A DNA stretch of 61,727 nucleotides from a virus (Duplodnaviria > Caudoviricetes), in IMG/VR virus record IMGVR_UViG_3300020061_000007, positions 1-61,727 of that record; one strand, given 5' to 3'. Both the position numbers and the translations under genes were made by a program. A model generated the notes under the pieces. It made no database searches, was not told the origin of the DNA, and saw nothing but the letters and a program-made list of their open reading frames with translations. Shown here piece by piece: positions 43,996 through 53,503 of this stretch; the first letter of the stretch is position 1; each line of letters begins with the position of its first letter.

Positions 43996-46667
43996 AAAAA
44001 ATCTTATCGGCTCTTGTTCTACTCACCTTACTATTGCCGAGAGTGGTTTGGGCAACGACGCTTTCCACGCTCGCCGCTTCCTTGAGTCCCGGCCAGTTTG
44101 CCCAGATTCCCGAAGCTCAAATGAGCGGGTTTGGCAACGGTCTGATCATGACGCCGCAGGGCGCAGGCTGCGCCAATTTTCAAGACACCATCACTCAGTT
44201 CGCCAACAAAGCGGTTTGGAACACGATCTTAAATCAGTTCATGTTTGTCGGCTCGCCGCACGGCAGTTGCAACACCTGGCGCCTGGTCATCTACGACGAC
44301 GCCACCAACACCTGGTCCATCGGACCTTCACCGTCGGCAGGCAATCAGCCGCAACACTCCTACGATCACAACACGATCAACCCGGCCAACGGTACGATGT
44401 ACTGGCGGGATTTTAATTCGCTGAGTTTCCGCACGTTGCCCAACGGCGCTGGTTCGTGGTCGAGCATCGCGTCTTTCAGTTCATCCAATCAATGCTGCGG
44501 CGCGCTGGAATATTTTCCCGATCAAAACCGGCTCATCTTTATCGACGGCGACAACGGCGGGCGGTCGTACAATCCGGCGACCAACGCCTGGACGCAGTTG
44601 TGGTTCGGTTTCAACGGCGGCGGGTCGCCGATCTTGGACGTCGGTCATCACAGCAATTGGGCCGAATACAGCAACCTTGGCCTTCTGGTCTTTGGCGGTA
44701 GCGGCGGCAATTACAAAATGAACGCGGCCGGCACGATCACCACGATGTCGTCGCCGCCGTTTGGCAATTTCACGATCGGCAACGAAGGGTCGTGCTGTTC
44801 GGTCGCAGCCGACCCGGTGACCGGGCATCTCGTCGTTATCTCCGGATCGAATGTCTGGAACTTAAATCCGACAACGGGAACCTGGACTAGCACCGGCACC
44901 ACGGCACCGTCCTATTTCGGCAACGCCGCTCAAGATTTGATCTCCGCGCCGATCTCCGATTACGGCGTCATCATGTACGTCAAGTGCAACCGTTCGTCCT
45001 CCTGCCAGGCTTATCTTTACAAGCATGGGGCGGGCACGCCGGACACCACGCCACCGACCGCGCCGAGCGCTCTGGTTGTAACCCCGATTAGTTTTACTCG
45101 ACTCGATCTGTCCTGGACCGCTTCATCGGATGCGGTCGGAGTGAGCAGTTACTTAATCGAACGCAGTCCGGCCGGCTGCGGCGCGTTCGCACAGGTCGGC
45201 ACGTCGGCGACCAATTCGTTTAGCAACACCGGGCTGACAGCCTCGACGACTTATTGCTACCGAGTTCGCGCCTCGGATGCGGCGAATAATTTAAGCGGAT
45301 ATTCAACGCCCAACGTCTCAGCCACCACGACAGCAGCGGACACCACCGCGCCAACCGTGCCGGCTAACTTGACCGCCACGGCCATCAGTGCGAGCCAGGT
45401 CAACTTGTCTTGGTCGGCTTCTACCGATGCGGTGGGCGTCACGGCCTATTTGCTGGAGCGCTGCGCTGGTGCTGCGTGTGTGAATTTTTCTCAGATCATC
45501 TCTCAGACGGGCATCATTTACAGCGATACGACAGGGCTCTTGGCTTCCACGTTGTATCGCTATCGCGTGCGCGCCACGGACGCGGCGACCAATCTAAGCA
45601 GTTATTCCTCGATCGCTCAGGCCACCACGCCGGCGGGCAGCGGCTCTGATTTTACTGCACGCTGCGCTGCGGCGGGGGTGCTTCGCTGTTTTAGCTTCGA
45701 CACCGATACCGATTTCGCGTTCGGCAGCGGCGGCGCTGAAGGGGGGCGAGGGCTCAACTACGGATATCTCCCGCCAAGCTCGAACGGTGACTTCACGAAA
45801 ATCACCAGGGACACCGCAACAAAAACTTCCGGAGCATCATCTCTTAGGCTGAATATCCCTGGCAGCGGCGGCGCTGATGTAGCGGGAGCCTGGTTTGCCA
45901 ATTTCTCCGCCGATTTATCGCAGCAACTCCAACCTGGTCAGGACATCTGGATACAGGTCCGCTATCGGGTCGATTCTAATTTTCTCAATCAAAATTACGG
46001 CGGGCACGGGTTCAAGATAATGGACATCAGCGGCGGCGACCTGCCGGGATGCGCTCCTGGCCAAGGCTCTGCACTATGTCCGACTACCTGTTGGGCTGGC
46101 GAGAACGTCTTTACTACCGAGAAAACCTCCTCGGGTCACTTGATAATCGCCTACTCAAACTGCACTGGAAACAACGGCTTTAACACGGCCTATGGATTCA
46201 CGAGCAATTTTTCTCCGCAGAACGTCAACAATTGTTTGTATCCAAGTTACGTCGCGCCACCCTGCATTTACATGACCGCGAATGAATGGTGGACGATGAA
46301 AATCCACATTCGCGTCGGCACCTATAACTCATACTCATCGACGTACCAGGTCTGGGTTGGCAGGGAAGGGCAACCGACCAGCTTGATAATAGACTGCGGG
46401 CCAGCTCCTGGCCGTACTTGCCTCAATCGGCAGGGCACAGCGCAGCCTGGGGGATGGTGGATCGAGAAAGATACCGCCTCGCCGATTGTCGTGGGCAAGG
46501 TCTGGCTTCTTCCGTATCAAACGGACGCGACTTTTACCGGCCTTCAACCCGCGCAAATCTGGTACGACGACCTGATTATTTCCCGTTCAGATATCGCCGA
46601 TCCGGGCGGCTCAATCACCCCGCCCGTCGCTCTAGCCGCACCGAGCGTGTCGGTGACAACGCCATGA
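43992..46667 (+). CDS. Exported protein: beta-propeller + 2 FN3 + lectin/lyase-like domain
   Basis: MKKILSALVLLTLLLPRVVWA; Kelch-like Y....N.W repeats; DTT.PT.P...LSW.AS.D..GV..Y...Y.YRVRA FN3 repeats. Confidence 0.85.
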   Translation: MKKILSALVLLTLLLPRVVWATTLSTLAASLSPGQFAQIPEAQMSGFGNGLIMTPQGAGCANFQDTITQFANKAVWNTILNQFMFVGSPHGSCNTWRLVIYDDATNTWSIGPSPSAGNQPQHSYDHNTINPANGTMYWRDFNSLSFRTLPNGAGSWSSIASFSSSNQCCGALEYFPDQNRLIFIDGDNGGRSYNPATNAWTQLWFGFNGGGSPILDVGHHSNWAEYSNLGLLVFGGSGGNYKMNAAGTITTMSSPPFGNFTIGNEGSCCSVAADPVTGHLVVISGSNVWNLNPTTGTWTSTGTTAPSYFGNAAQDLISAPISDYGVIMYVKCNRSSSCQAYLYKHGAGTPDTTPPTAPSALVVTPISFTRLDLSWTASSDAVGVSSYLIERSPAGCGAFAQVGTSATNSFSNTGLTASTTYCYRVRASDAANNLSGYSTPNVSATTTAADTTAPTVPANLTATAISASQVNLSWSASTDAVGVTAYLLERCAGAACVNFSQIISQTGIIYSDTTGLLASTLYRYRVRATDAATNLSSYSSIAQATTPAGSGSDFTARCAAAGVLRCFSFDTDTDFAFGSGGAEGGRGLNYGYLPPSSNGDFTKITRDTATKTSGASSLRLNIPGSGGADVAGAWFANFSADLSQQLQPGQDIWIQVRYRVDSNFLNQNYGGHGFKIMDISGGDLPGCAPGQGSALCPTTCWAGENVFTTEKTSSGHLIIAYSNCTGNNGFNTAYGFTSNFSPQNVNNCLYPSYVAPPCIYMTANEWWTMKIHIRVGTYNSYSSTYQVWVGREGQPTSLIIDCGPAPGRTCLNRQGTAQPGGWWIEKDTASPIVVGKVWLLPYQTDATFTGLQPAQIWYDDLIISRSDIADPGGSITPPVALAAPSVSVTTP

Positions 46668-49600
46668 CCAAAACCCGTGGCTCGTGGCTCGTGGCTCGTG
46701 GCTTCATCGTCAGGCTCCTTCTCGCTCTATTGCCTATTGCCTATTGCCTATTGCCTTCTCCCGCCTGGGGCGCGGCGAACACCATTGCGCAGGCTCCGGC
46801 CGTGGCGACGGCCACCGGCACGACGATCAATAAAGTTTTTGCCGGCGCCACGGTGGTCGGCAGCCGGTTGATTGCGGTCCTTACGGTAGAGGGCGTGGTG
46901 ACATCGCTCACCGTGGCCGACAACGGCAACGCCGGGAATTACACTCAGGACGTGACCGGCAATAGCGGCGGCGGCTCGGTCGGCGCGCGGGCGAGTTACA
47001 TTTTTTCCAAGGTCAACACGGTTACTTCGGCGGTTACGATTACGGCCACCTGGACCGGGGCGTCGGCCGCGCAAATCCAGATCTACGAGCTGAGAAATAT
47101 TGGCGGTACGCCGATTATAGATGTCACCGCCAATGGCGGCGGCACCAGCGGCGCGCCCGTTGTGAATCCCAGCGTGTCGATCACCACCACCACGGCCAGC
47201 GACACGATCATCGTCGGGGCGACGAGTTACCCCCCACCGGCCACGCCGGACACCGGGTTTGTCTTTCGCGGCGGTCCTACTGCGCTCACCAATGCCGTCC
47301 ATACGGTTGAGGATCGCGTCGATGCCGCAGCCGCAGGGGCAACCACGTTGACCCTTAGCGGCCTGGTTCTCGGCGGCGGCAATTCGTACAGCATGGCTGT
47401 GGCGGCGTACAAACCGCCCGCCGTGGCGGACGTGACCCCGCCAACCGTGCCGGGCAGCTTGTCCGTGACTCCGTTCAGCACCACGCAAAATAATCTGAGC
47501 TGGACCGCTTCGACCGATGATGTTGCCATCGCCTGGTACAGCCTGGAGCATTGCACGGGCGCCGGTTGCGTGAACTTCGTTGAGTTCAATACGTCGGGCA
47601 CAACAGCGGGTTCCGATACCGGGCTGCAGCCATCCACCCTTTATCGGTATCGAATCCGCGCTTTCGACGGCACCAACTATTCCGCCTATTCAACCATCGT
47701 CGAAGCGACCACGCTGACACCGGATGCCACGGCGCCGACCGTGCCGACCAATGTGCTCGCAACCGTCGTCAGCACGACGCAGATCAATCTTGCCTGGACC
47801 GCTTCGACGGACAACATCGCGGTCACCAATTACCGGGTCGAGCGTTGTACCGGGGCGGCTTGCGTAAACTTTTCCGAGGTCGGTGCGCCGACCGCAATCA
47901 CGTTTCCCAATACCGCACTGACGGCCGGGACGGTTTACCGCTTCCGGGTGCGCGCCTTCGATGGCGTCAACTTCTCCGCATATTCAACCATCATTCAGGC
48001 GACCACGCTCTTAGCGCGCCAGGCAACTATCAGGTGGACCGATACGGTCAACACGGATCACACCGGGTACACCGTGCAGCGAAAAACCGGCGTCGGCGGC
48101 ACGTTCGCCGATCTCGGCAGCGTCGGGCCAAGCCTGCGCCAACTTATCGATCCGGACTCGCCATCACCGATCGCATGCTATCGCGTGCGCGCGGTGCGCG
48201 CGGGAGAAGACGGGCCACAATCGGGAGAGGCCTGCACGACGACCTCGACACCGACGCCGCCGATCAATTTAGTGCTCGGTGGCAAAATCGCTTTCGGCGG
48301 CGCCAACACTACACGGATCGAGTCGCGCGACAATACCGCGCCGTCAGTTCCTACCAATCTGGTCGCCAACGTCGTCAGCTCGACCGAGATCGATCTTGCC
48401 TGGACAGCGAGCACGGACAACCTTGCGGTGATCAATTACCGGGTCGAGCGCTGCGCCGGCAACACCTGCATCAATTTCGTGGAGATCGCCACGCCGAGCG
48501 GACTGACGCTGGCCGATACCGGGCTGCAATCGAACACGTTTTATAACTATCGCGTGCGCGCATGGGACGGGACGTTGTTTTCCACGTACTCGGCGATCGC
48601 GCCGGCCAGGACCGATACCCAGGCGGCGACCACTTTGGTCAAAAAGAGCGGTGCGGACACCGTTCCCAACTGCACCAACTCCACGGGCGTCCTCACCGTA
48701 CTCTACGCTTTGGAGAACTGCGTCGGCGGCGGCGTAGGAACCGGGGCGGCCAAGGTCGTCGAGGTCGAATCCGGCACTTATGATGCGAGAATTGATGAAG
48801 CGACCGGGTTTACTTATCCCAGCGGCACGAGCAACAGCCGGTTCATCCTAAGAGCGAAGGCGGGTCATGCTGTAGTTCTGAAAGCCACCGGGCACGACAA
48901 CATTATTCGGGTCTGCGGCCGGCGGAGTTACTTCGCAGACATCGGGCCTGGGTTCACCTTCGACGGCACGGGGCACACGGGCAACGGCCAATCGATGATT
49001 TCCCCCGGGTGCGCCGACGATAGTCCAAGCGACATCAAAATCGTCGGCAACAACATCATCAACGGCGGGGTTAATACGGGCGTGGCCGCCGGGCAGTGGA
49101 GTTCACGTATCGATGTCATCGGCAACACCTTTTCAGGCTGGACCGTGGCGTTGGGATGTTTCGCCGGCAATCCGCCCAACTGCGGCTATCCGATGTATTT
49201 CACAGCTTCGGACAGCGAGATCAGCGGCAACACGTTCACGGACTTTGCCGCTTACGGAATCCACATTTATTTGGAATCGATCCACCCAGGCGGCGGCGGT
49301 GCATTCCCGTCACGCAATTTGGTTAAAAACAACGTGTTCAGCGGTCCATGGGGATCGCTCCAGGGCGCGGCGGCGATACTGATTGCGCGCGGCGACTCGA
49401 ACGTGGTCGCAAACAACACGATCCGGGACGGCTACCGCGGCAACTGCGCGGGCGCGGCGACCGGCGGTGTCGTCGTCGATTTCGGCGCGACCAATACCAA
49501 GGCCCTGAACAACTCGGTTTTCAATAGCTGCACCGGCATGTCGTCCTACAATGCCCAGAACAGCACATTTAGTAACAACGCTCTGTACGGGAACAACTTG

Positions 49601-50536
49601 GACTTCGAAGTTGATCCGGTGGGCCGCGACAGCGGACGAATCACCTCTAACAATGGTTGCTCGCAACTGCTGACCGGCTGCAACGCGCTACTGAACGAGG
49701 CATCCGCGGCGGTGTGGACCGACGCGCCGGGCGGCGTGCTTACGCTTAAATCCACGGCTAAAGCGACGACCATTGGCGGCGGCATTGAGTTGTCCGCGCT
49801 TTCCCCATCGATCACCACGGATATCGTGTCCACCTCGCGCAGCGCTCCCTATTCCGTCGGTGCGTACCAGTTCAGCAGCGGCACCTGCCCGGCCACGCCG
49901 ATCCAAATGATCAAGCTGGGCTTTGACGAGGGGACCGGGACCACCGCGGCAGACAGCAGCGGCAACGGCAACAATGTCGTTTCGATCGGCTCGGGAAATA
50001 GTTGGAACGCGACCGGCAAATATGGCAAGGCGCTCACGTTTGGCGGAACGGCGGCGGCGACGGTTGCCGACTCAATATCGCTCTTCCCGTGTACGGCCTG
50101 GACCTACATGGCTTGGGTCAAACCGACGAACACGCCGACCGACTTCGCCGGCATCATCAACAAGGGCGTCAAGCAAAGAATGTACTCGGCTTCGCACCCC
50201 TTCTACGTGATGAACTCCGGGCAATTGGCCGGCTGGAGCCAGGGCGCGGACGTGTTTGCAACTTGGCCGGTGGCGTTCACGGCAGGAACTTATGTCCACT
50301 ACACCGTCACCTACAACAGCGCGCTACCGAGCGCCAACGTAAAAATCAGGATCAACGGCGCCATCGTCGCATCGGCCGACGGCACGACGATACTCGGCAG
50401 CACCACGGACCCGCTGCTGATCGGCGGAAGTTTATTCGGCGAATATTTTGTCGGTGACATTGACGAAGTGAAGGGCTGGAATTCCGAACTCACCGGCGCG
50501 CAAATCATTACCGAGATGAACACGCCGATTAATTGA
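46664..50536 (+). CDS. Exported adhesin-like protein: 4 FN3, beta-helix, LamG-like domain (1290 aa)
   Basis: ATGA-coupled start at 46664; signal peptide ending AWG-A; FN3 repeats; FDEGTGTTAADSSGNGN...WVKP...FVGDIDEV LamG motif. Confidence 0.87.
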   Translation: MTKTRGSWLVARGFIVRLLLALLPIAYCLLPSPAWGAANTIAQAPAVATATGTTINKVFAGATVVGSRLIAVLTVEGVVTSLTVADNGNAGNYTQDVTGNSGGGSVGARASYIFSKVNTVTSAVTITATWTGASAAQIQIYELRNIGGTPIIDVTANGGGTSGAPVVNPSVSITTTTASDTIIVGATSYPPPATPDTGFVFRGGPTALTNAVHTVEDRVDAAAAGATTLTLSGLVLGGGNSYSMAVAAYKPPAVADVTPPTVPGSLSVTPFSTTQNNLSWTASTDDVAIAWYSLEHCTGAGCVNFVEFNTSGTTAGSDTGLQPSTLYRYRIRAFDGTNYSAYSTIVEATTLTPDATAPTVPTNVLATVVSTTQINLAWTASTDNIAVTNYRVERCTGAACVNFSEVGAPTAITFPNTALTAGTVYRFRVRAFDGVNFSAYSTIIQATTLLARQATIRWTDTVNTDHTGYTVQRKTGVGGTFADLGSVGPSLRQLIDPDSPSPIACYRVRAVRAGEDGPQSGEACTTTSTPTPPINLVLGGKIAFGGANTTRIESRDNTAPSVPTNLVANVVSSTEIDLAWTASTDNLAVINYRVERCAGNTCINFVEIATPSGLTLADTGLQSNTFYNYRVRAWDGTLFSTYSAIAPARTDTQAATTLVKKSGADTVPNCTNSTGVLTVLYALENCVGGGVGTGAAKVVEVESGTYDARIDEATGFTYPSGTSNSRFILRAKAGHAVVLKATGHDNIIRVCGRRSYFADIGPGFTFDGTGHTGNGQSMISPGCADDSPSDIKIVGNNIINGGVNTGVAAGQWSSRIDVIGNTFSGWTVALGCFAGNPPNCGYPMYFTASDSEISGNTFTDFAAYGIHIYLESIHPGGGGAFPSRNLVKNNVFSGPWGSLQGAAAILIARGDSNVVANNTIRDGYRGNCAGAATGGVVVDFGATNTKALNNSVFNSCTGMSSYNAQNSTFSNNALYGNNLDFEVDPVGRDSGRITSNNGCSQLLTGCNALLNEASAAVWTDAPGGVLTLKSTAKATTIGGGIELSALSPSITTDIVSTSRSAPYSVGAYQFSSGTCPATPIQMIKLGFDEGTGTTAADSSGNGNNVVSIGSGNSWNATGKYGKALTFGGTAAATVADSISLFPCTAWTYMAWVKPTNTPTDFAGIINKGVKQRMYSASHPFYVMNSGQLAGWSQGADVFATWPVAFTAGTYVHYTVTYNSALPSANVKIRINGAIVASADGTTILGSTTDPLLIGGSLFGEYFVGDIDEVKGWNSELTGAQIITEMNTPIN
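46676..46754 (+). repeat. Two perfect heptamer arrays: (CGTGGCT)4 at 46676-46703 and (CTATTGC)4 at 46727-46754
   Basis: Read directly from sequence. Confidence 0.95.
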
Positions 50537-50539
50537 GGA

Positions 50540-50570
50540 AGGCACTAGGCATTAGGCACCAGGCAATAGG
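50540..50570 (+). repeat. Degenerate heptamer array (AGGCA[C/T/A][T/C]) x4
   Basis: AGGCACT AGGCATT AGGCACC AGGCAAT AGG; reverse-complement family of (CTATTGC)n. Confidence 0.8.
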
Positions 50571-50586
50571 AAGATTAAGGAGATTC

Positions 50587-50982
50587 ATGAAAGTATTATC
50601 GATCATCGTTTTAACACTTCTGCTCGCAGGGGCAGCGCATGCAGTGGACCGTCAAGCGAGCTGGACGGATACATCCAATAACGAAACGGGTTTTATCTTT
50701 CAGAAGTGCTCCGGCGTTTGCACCGCGGCAAGCACCGGATGGGCACAGATCGGCGCAACGCTGCCGGTCAATACAACCTCGTTCCTGATTACCGGGATGC
50801 TCCCCGGCTCTACGACCAGCTACCGGGTTGGCGCCACCAACGCAGGCGGGACGGGATGGAGCTTGATTGTCGTGGATGTTTTGCCGCCTATTCCACCGAC
50901 ATCACCGGGTACGTTTACACTTCCGCCGTGTAAAGTTTTGACCGAGACCGCGCCGGGTAGCGGACTTTATCAGTGCTCGTAA
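50587..50982 (+). CDS. Exported single-FN3 protein
   Basis: RBS AAGGAG; MKVLSIIVLTLLLAGAAHA; WTDTSNNETGF...YRVGATNAGG. Confidence 0.85.
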   Translation: MKVLSIIVLTLLLAGAAHAVDRQASWTDTSNNETGFIFQKCSGVCTAASTGWAQIGATLPVNTTSFLITGMLPGSTTSYRVGATNAGGTGWSLIVVDVLPPIPPTSPGTFTLPPCKVLTETAPGSGLYQCS

Positions 50983-50988
50983 GAAACT

Positions 50989-51246
50989 ATGTTTAACGCC
51001 TTGGTAAAAAGGGCTACCCGCAACGTATCGAATCTTGTGATTGCCCGAGTCTCGATTTCCCTTCGGAATCTCTTGGCAATTCACAGCTTTGTCCGTCTGG
51101 CCGCAGCGTTTTACCAAGCGGATCCTAACCCCTGGGCCTTTTCGACATCGACGTGTTTCTTCCTGGTCGGCTTGGGGATGAGTGGCATTGCCAGGGCCGT
51201 TCAGCGGCTCGAAAATAGATACCAGGAGACTAAAAAATTGGAATGA
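50989..51246 (+). CDS. Membrane protein
   Basis: Hydrophobic segment; ATGA-coupled to the next gene. Confidence 0.5.
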   Translation: MFNALVKRATRNVSNLVIARVSISLRNLLAIHSFVRLAAAFYQADPNPWAFSTSTCFFLVGLGMSGIARAVQRLENRYQETKKLE

Positions 51247-51725
51247 CAGAACAAGGCGTACTCGCTCTCGTTGGTCTGATCGTGACCCTACTGACGGGCG
51301 CCAATGGTTTATTTACGTACCTCTCCAACCGTAAACTAACCAAACAGAACGAAGATCTAGCGAAGCAGAATACCGAGCTCGATAAGCGCGCCAGTGCTGA
51401 CGCGAAAGTGATTCAAAAGCAAAACGCCGAGCAGACCAAGGCGATCACCAAGGTGCAAGAGGCGCAGGAACAGTCCCACGACATGCAGAACAGCCGGTTG
51501 GACGAATGGAAGAAAGAGCACATGCTGCGGGAAAAAGAGGCCATCGAGGCGGCGGTGCTCAGGGGATTGGCGCAGGGCATGGAACTTGAACGGGCGCGCA
51601 GCGAGAAGGCCGCGGCCGAGACCTTAGCGGAGGCCAAGAGGATCGCCGACGACGTGATCGCCACGGCCAAACTGGCGGCGGACAAACTGGTGGCAGTCGC
51701 CGCATCCTTGGGGAAAAGGAAATAA
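51243..51725 (+). CDS. Membrane-anchored coiled-coil protein (possible lysis protein)
   Basis: N-terminal TM plus long coiled coil; RBS AGGAG. Confidence 0.7.
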   Translation: MTEQGVLALVGLIVTLLTGANGLFTYLSNRKLTKQNEDLAKQNTELDKRASADAKVIQKQNAEQTKAITKVQEAQEQSHDMQNSRLDEWKKEHMLREKEAIEAAVLRGLAQGMELERARSEKAAAETLAEAKRIADDVIATAKLAADKLVAVAASLGKRK

Positions 51726-51728
51726 AAA

Positions 51729-51998
51729 ATGAAAAGCGAATGGACAGTTTTACTCGTATCGGCTTTCACCGACTTGCTTCTCGCCGTTGGCGCGACTCTG
51801 ACCGCGGCGATGATGGGCGCGGAAGTTGTTGCCGTGCCGAGCACGGGCGTTATGATTCTCGCCGCGATCTCCGGGATAACGGCGGCGGCGCGCACGGTCC
51901 AGCAAGCGTTGAAAATGACGCCGTCGGCAGCGGCCAATCTGCGCGGCTCGCCGTCGATGACTGTGACCGCCGACGTTTCACCGACCACTAAACCGTAA
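51729..51998 (+). CDS. Putative holin
   Basis: 89 aa with two hydrophobic helices; late-region position. Confidence 0.55.
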   Translation: MKSEWTVLLVSAFTDLLLAVGATLTAAMMGAEVVAVPSTGVMILAAISGITAAARTVQQALKMTPSAAANLRGSPSMTVTADVSPTTKP

Positions 51999-52007
51999 AG
52001 GAGAGAC

Positions 52008-52673
52008 ATGGCTCAACTACAAAGTTTATCCGACCGGGTACGGGCGATTGAAAACAAGATTCCAATGCTCGAGGCCAAAGACGCTGTATTGCGCGATGAA
52101 TTCAGCCAGGCAGACACCGCGTTGCGCAATGCCGACAGCTCGATCCTCGATCGTATCACCAAGCTGGAACAGATGAGCGAGAGCCTGCGCTTGGGGCAGA
52201 TCGAGCGCGACTTGCGCGATATCCAGGGAACGCAGATTGCGATCCTCGAAGTCAATAAAGAGATTCTCGAAGAAGTGGTCAGGCGTCACAACGTCGCGGC
52301 TATATTATTTACGTGCGTAACACTCGATCCCACAAAATGGGAGAAAGGGATAAAAGCCATGCAGTTAAAAAGCAATCAGCAAGCCGTTGCGAGCCTGTCC
52401 GCAGTCGATGCCGAGGGCAACCCGGCGCCGCTCAATTTCGACGCTCCTCCGGTGTGGACAAGCGACACTCCCGGAACGGTGACCGTCGAGGCGTCTCCCG
52501 ATGGGATGACCGCGGTGATCGGATCTCCGAATCCCGGCCCTTTGGGTTCGGCGGTCGTCACGCTTGACGCGATGGCCGGCGGCAAGGCGCTCCAAGCGAC
52601 CCTTGCAGTGGATATCATCGCCGGTGACGCGGTGGCGATCCAGATCACGACCGCAGAACCGACCGACGTTTAG
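52008..52673 (+). CDS. Coiled-coil + Ig-like domain protein
   Basis: RBS AAGGAG; C-terminal half DAEGNPA...PVWTSD...VEASPDG; possible internal start at 52359. Confidence 0.75.
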   Translation: MAQLQSLSDRVRAIENKIPMLEAKDAVLRDEFSQADTALRNADSSILDRITKLEQMSESLRLGQIERDLRDIQGTQIAILEVNKEILEEVVRRHNVAAILFTCVTLDPTKWEKGIKAMQLKSNQQAVASLSAVDAEGNPAPLNFDAPPVWTSDTPGTVTVEASPDGMTAVIGSPNPGPLGSAVVTLDAMAGGKALQATLAVDIIAGDAVAIQITTAEPTDV

Positions 52674-52757
52674 CGAAAGCGCATAGTGAATCATCGTCCC
52701 CGGCCCGGTGTGTGGAACGCCCCGGCCGGGGCTCGGTGAGCTGATGGAGGGGGTTTT

Positions 52758-52919
52758 ATGAGCATAGGAATGATTCTGCTTATCCTGGTGGTGGTTCTGC
52801 TCGTCGGTGGCGGCGGATACCGCTGGGGCGGGCCGGAATACGGCCATTACTACGGTGGCGGCGGAGTCGGATTAATTTTGATCATCCTCTTGGTCTTATT
52901 CTTACTTGGCAGGATTTGA
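52758..52919 (+). CDS. Small membrane protein (DUF3309-like)
   Basis: RBS GGAGG; MSIGMILLILVVVLLVGG...GGGVGLILIILLVLFLLGRI. Confidence 0.75.
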   Translation: MSIGMILLILVVVLLVGGGGYRWGGPEYGHYYGGGGVGLILIILLVLFLLGRI

Positions 52920-52925
52920 TGTGAG

Positions 52926-53036
52926 ATGAGAAGCTGGGGCGAAATATTAATCCTTGTAGCCGTTACGGTAGGGCTTGCCTATCTAGTGGTCTGCGGGCTC
53001 ATCGTAACAGTCTTTCTAGTTACGATATGGAACTGA
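52926..53036 (+). CDS. Small membrane peptide (36 aa)
   Basis: Single hydrophobic helix. Confidence 0.45.
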   Translation: MRSWGEILILVAVTVGLAYLVVCGLIVTVFLVTIWN

Positions 53037-53049
53037 CACCGGACGAGGA

Positions 53050-53235
53050 ATGGGCCACTTAACCGAACTTCAGGACCGCGCACGCGCCAAGGTGGACAAT
53101 TTGCCGCGGAGCGAACAACTGATCATTCTTAAATACGTGAGAACGATCACCGGCATGGAAGGGCGCTGCGAGGATTTGGACCACGAGATCAACAAAGCCA
53201 TGAAAGTGGAAAAAGCCAATGAAGGAAAGTCTTAG
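53050..53235 (+). CDS. Hypothetical protein
   Basis: RBS GAGG. Confidence 0.55.
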   Translation: MGHLTELQDRARAKVDNLPRSEQLIILKYVRTITGMEGRCEDLDHEINKAMKVEKANEGKS

Positions 53236-53503
53236 AGCGATTGCGCTTTCCGCGATGATTTTTTTTCTCTTGAGCATTTCAGGCTGCGCACCTGGAGGTT
53301 TACTTTTGACCGACTCTTCCAACATGACACCCGAACAAATGGAGGCGTACCAGAAGCTCGGCTATGACGCGATTCGCTGCGCCACGGTGCAAGGTCCGCC
53401 GGGCGGCGGGACTGTTACGTCGGTCACGATTCCAAAAAACAGAAAAGCTCTAGTTAAGTTTGTAGGCTGTTTGCCGCAGAGCGTGGAAGTCGGCGGCGAT
53501 TGA
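53219..53503 (+). CDS. Lipoprotein
   Basis: Signal peptide with lipobox ISGC. Confidence 0.75.
   Translation: MKESLRAIALSAMIFFLLSISGCAPGGLLLTDSSNMTPEQMEAYQKLGYDAIRCATVQGPPGGGTVTSVTIPKNRKALVKFVGCLPQSVEVGGD

Noticed and set aside
46418-46663. N-terminal extension of the 1372-aa ORF
   Set aside because: Overlaps the upstream gene; the ATGA-coupled start at 46664 gives a proper signal peptide.
38170-50982. Secreted block as substrates of the phage exosortase
   Set aside because: None of the five proteins has a PEP-CTERM or other TM-plus-basic C-terminal sorting signal.
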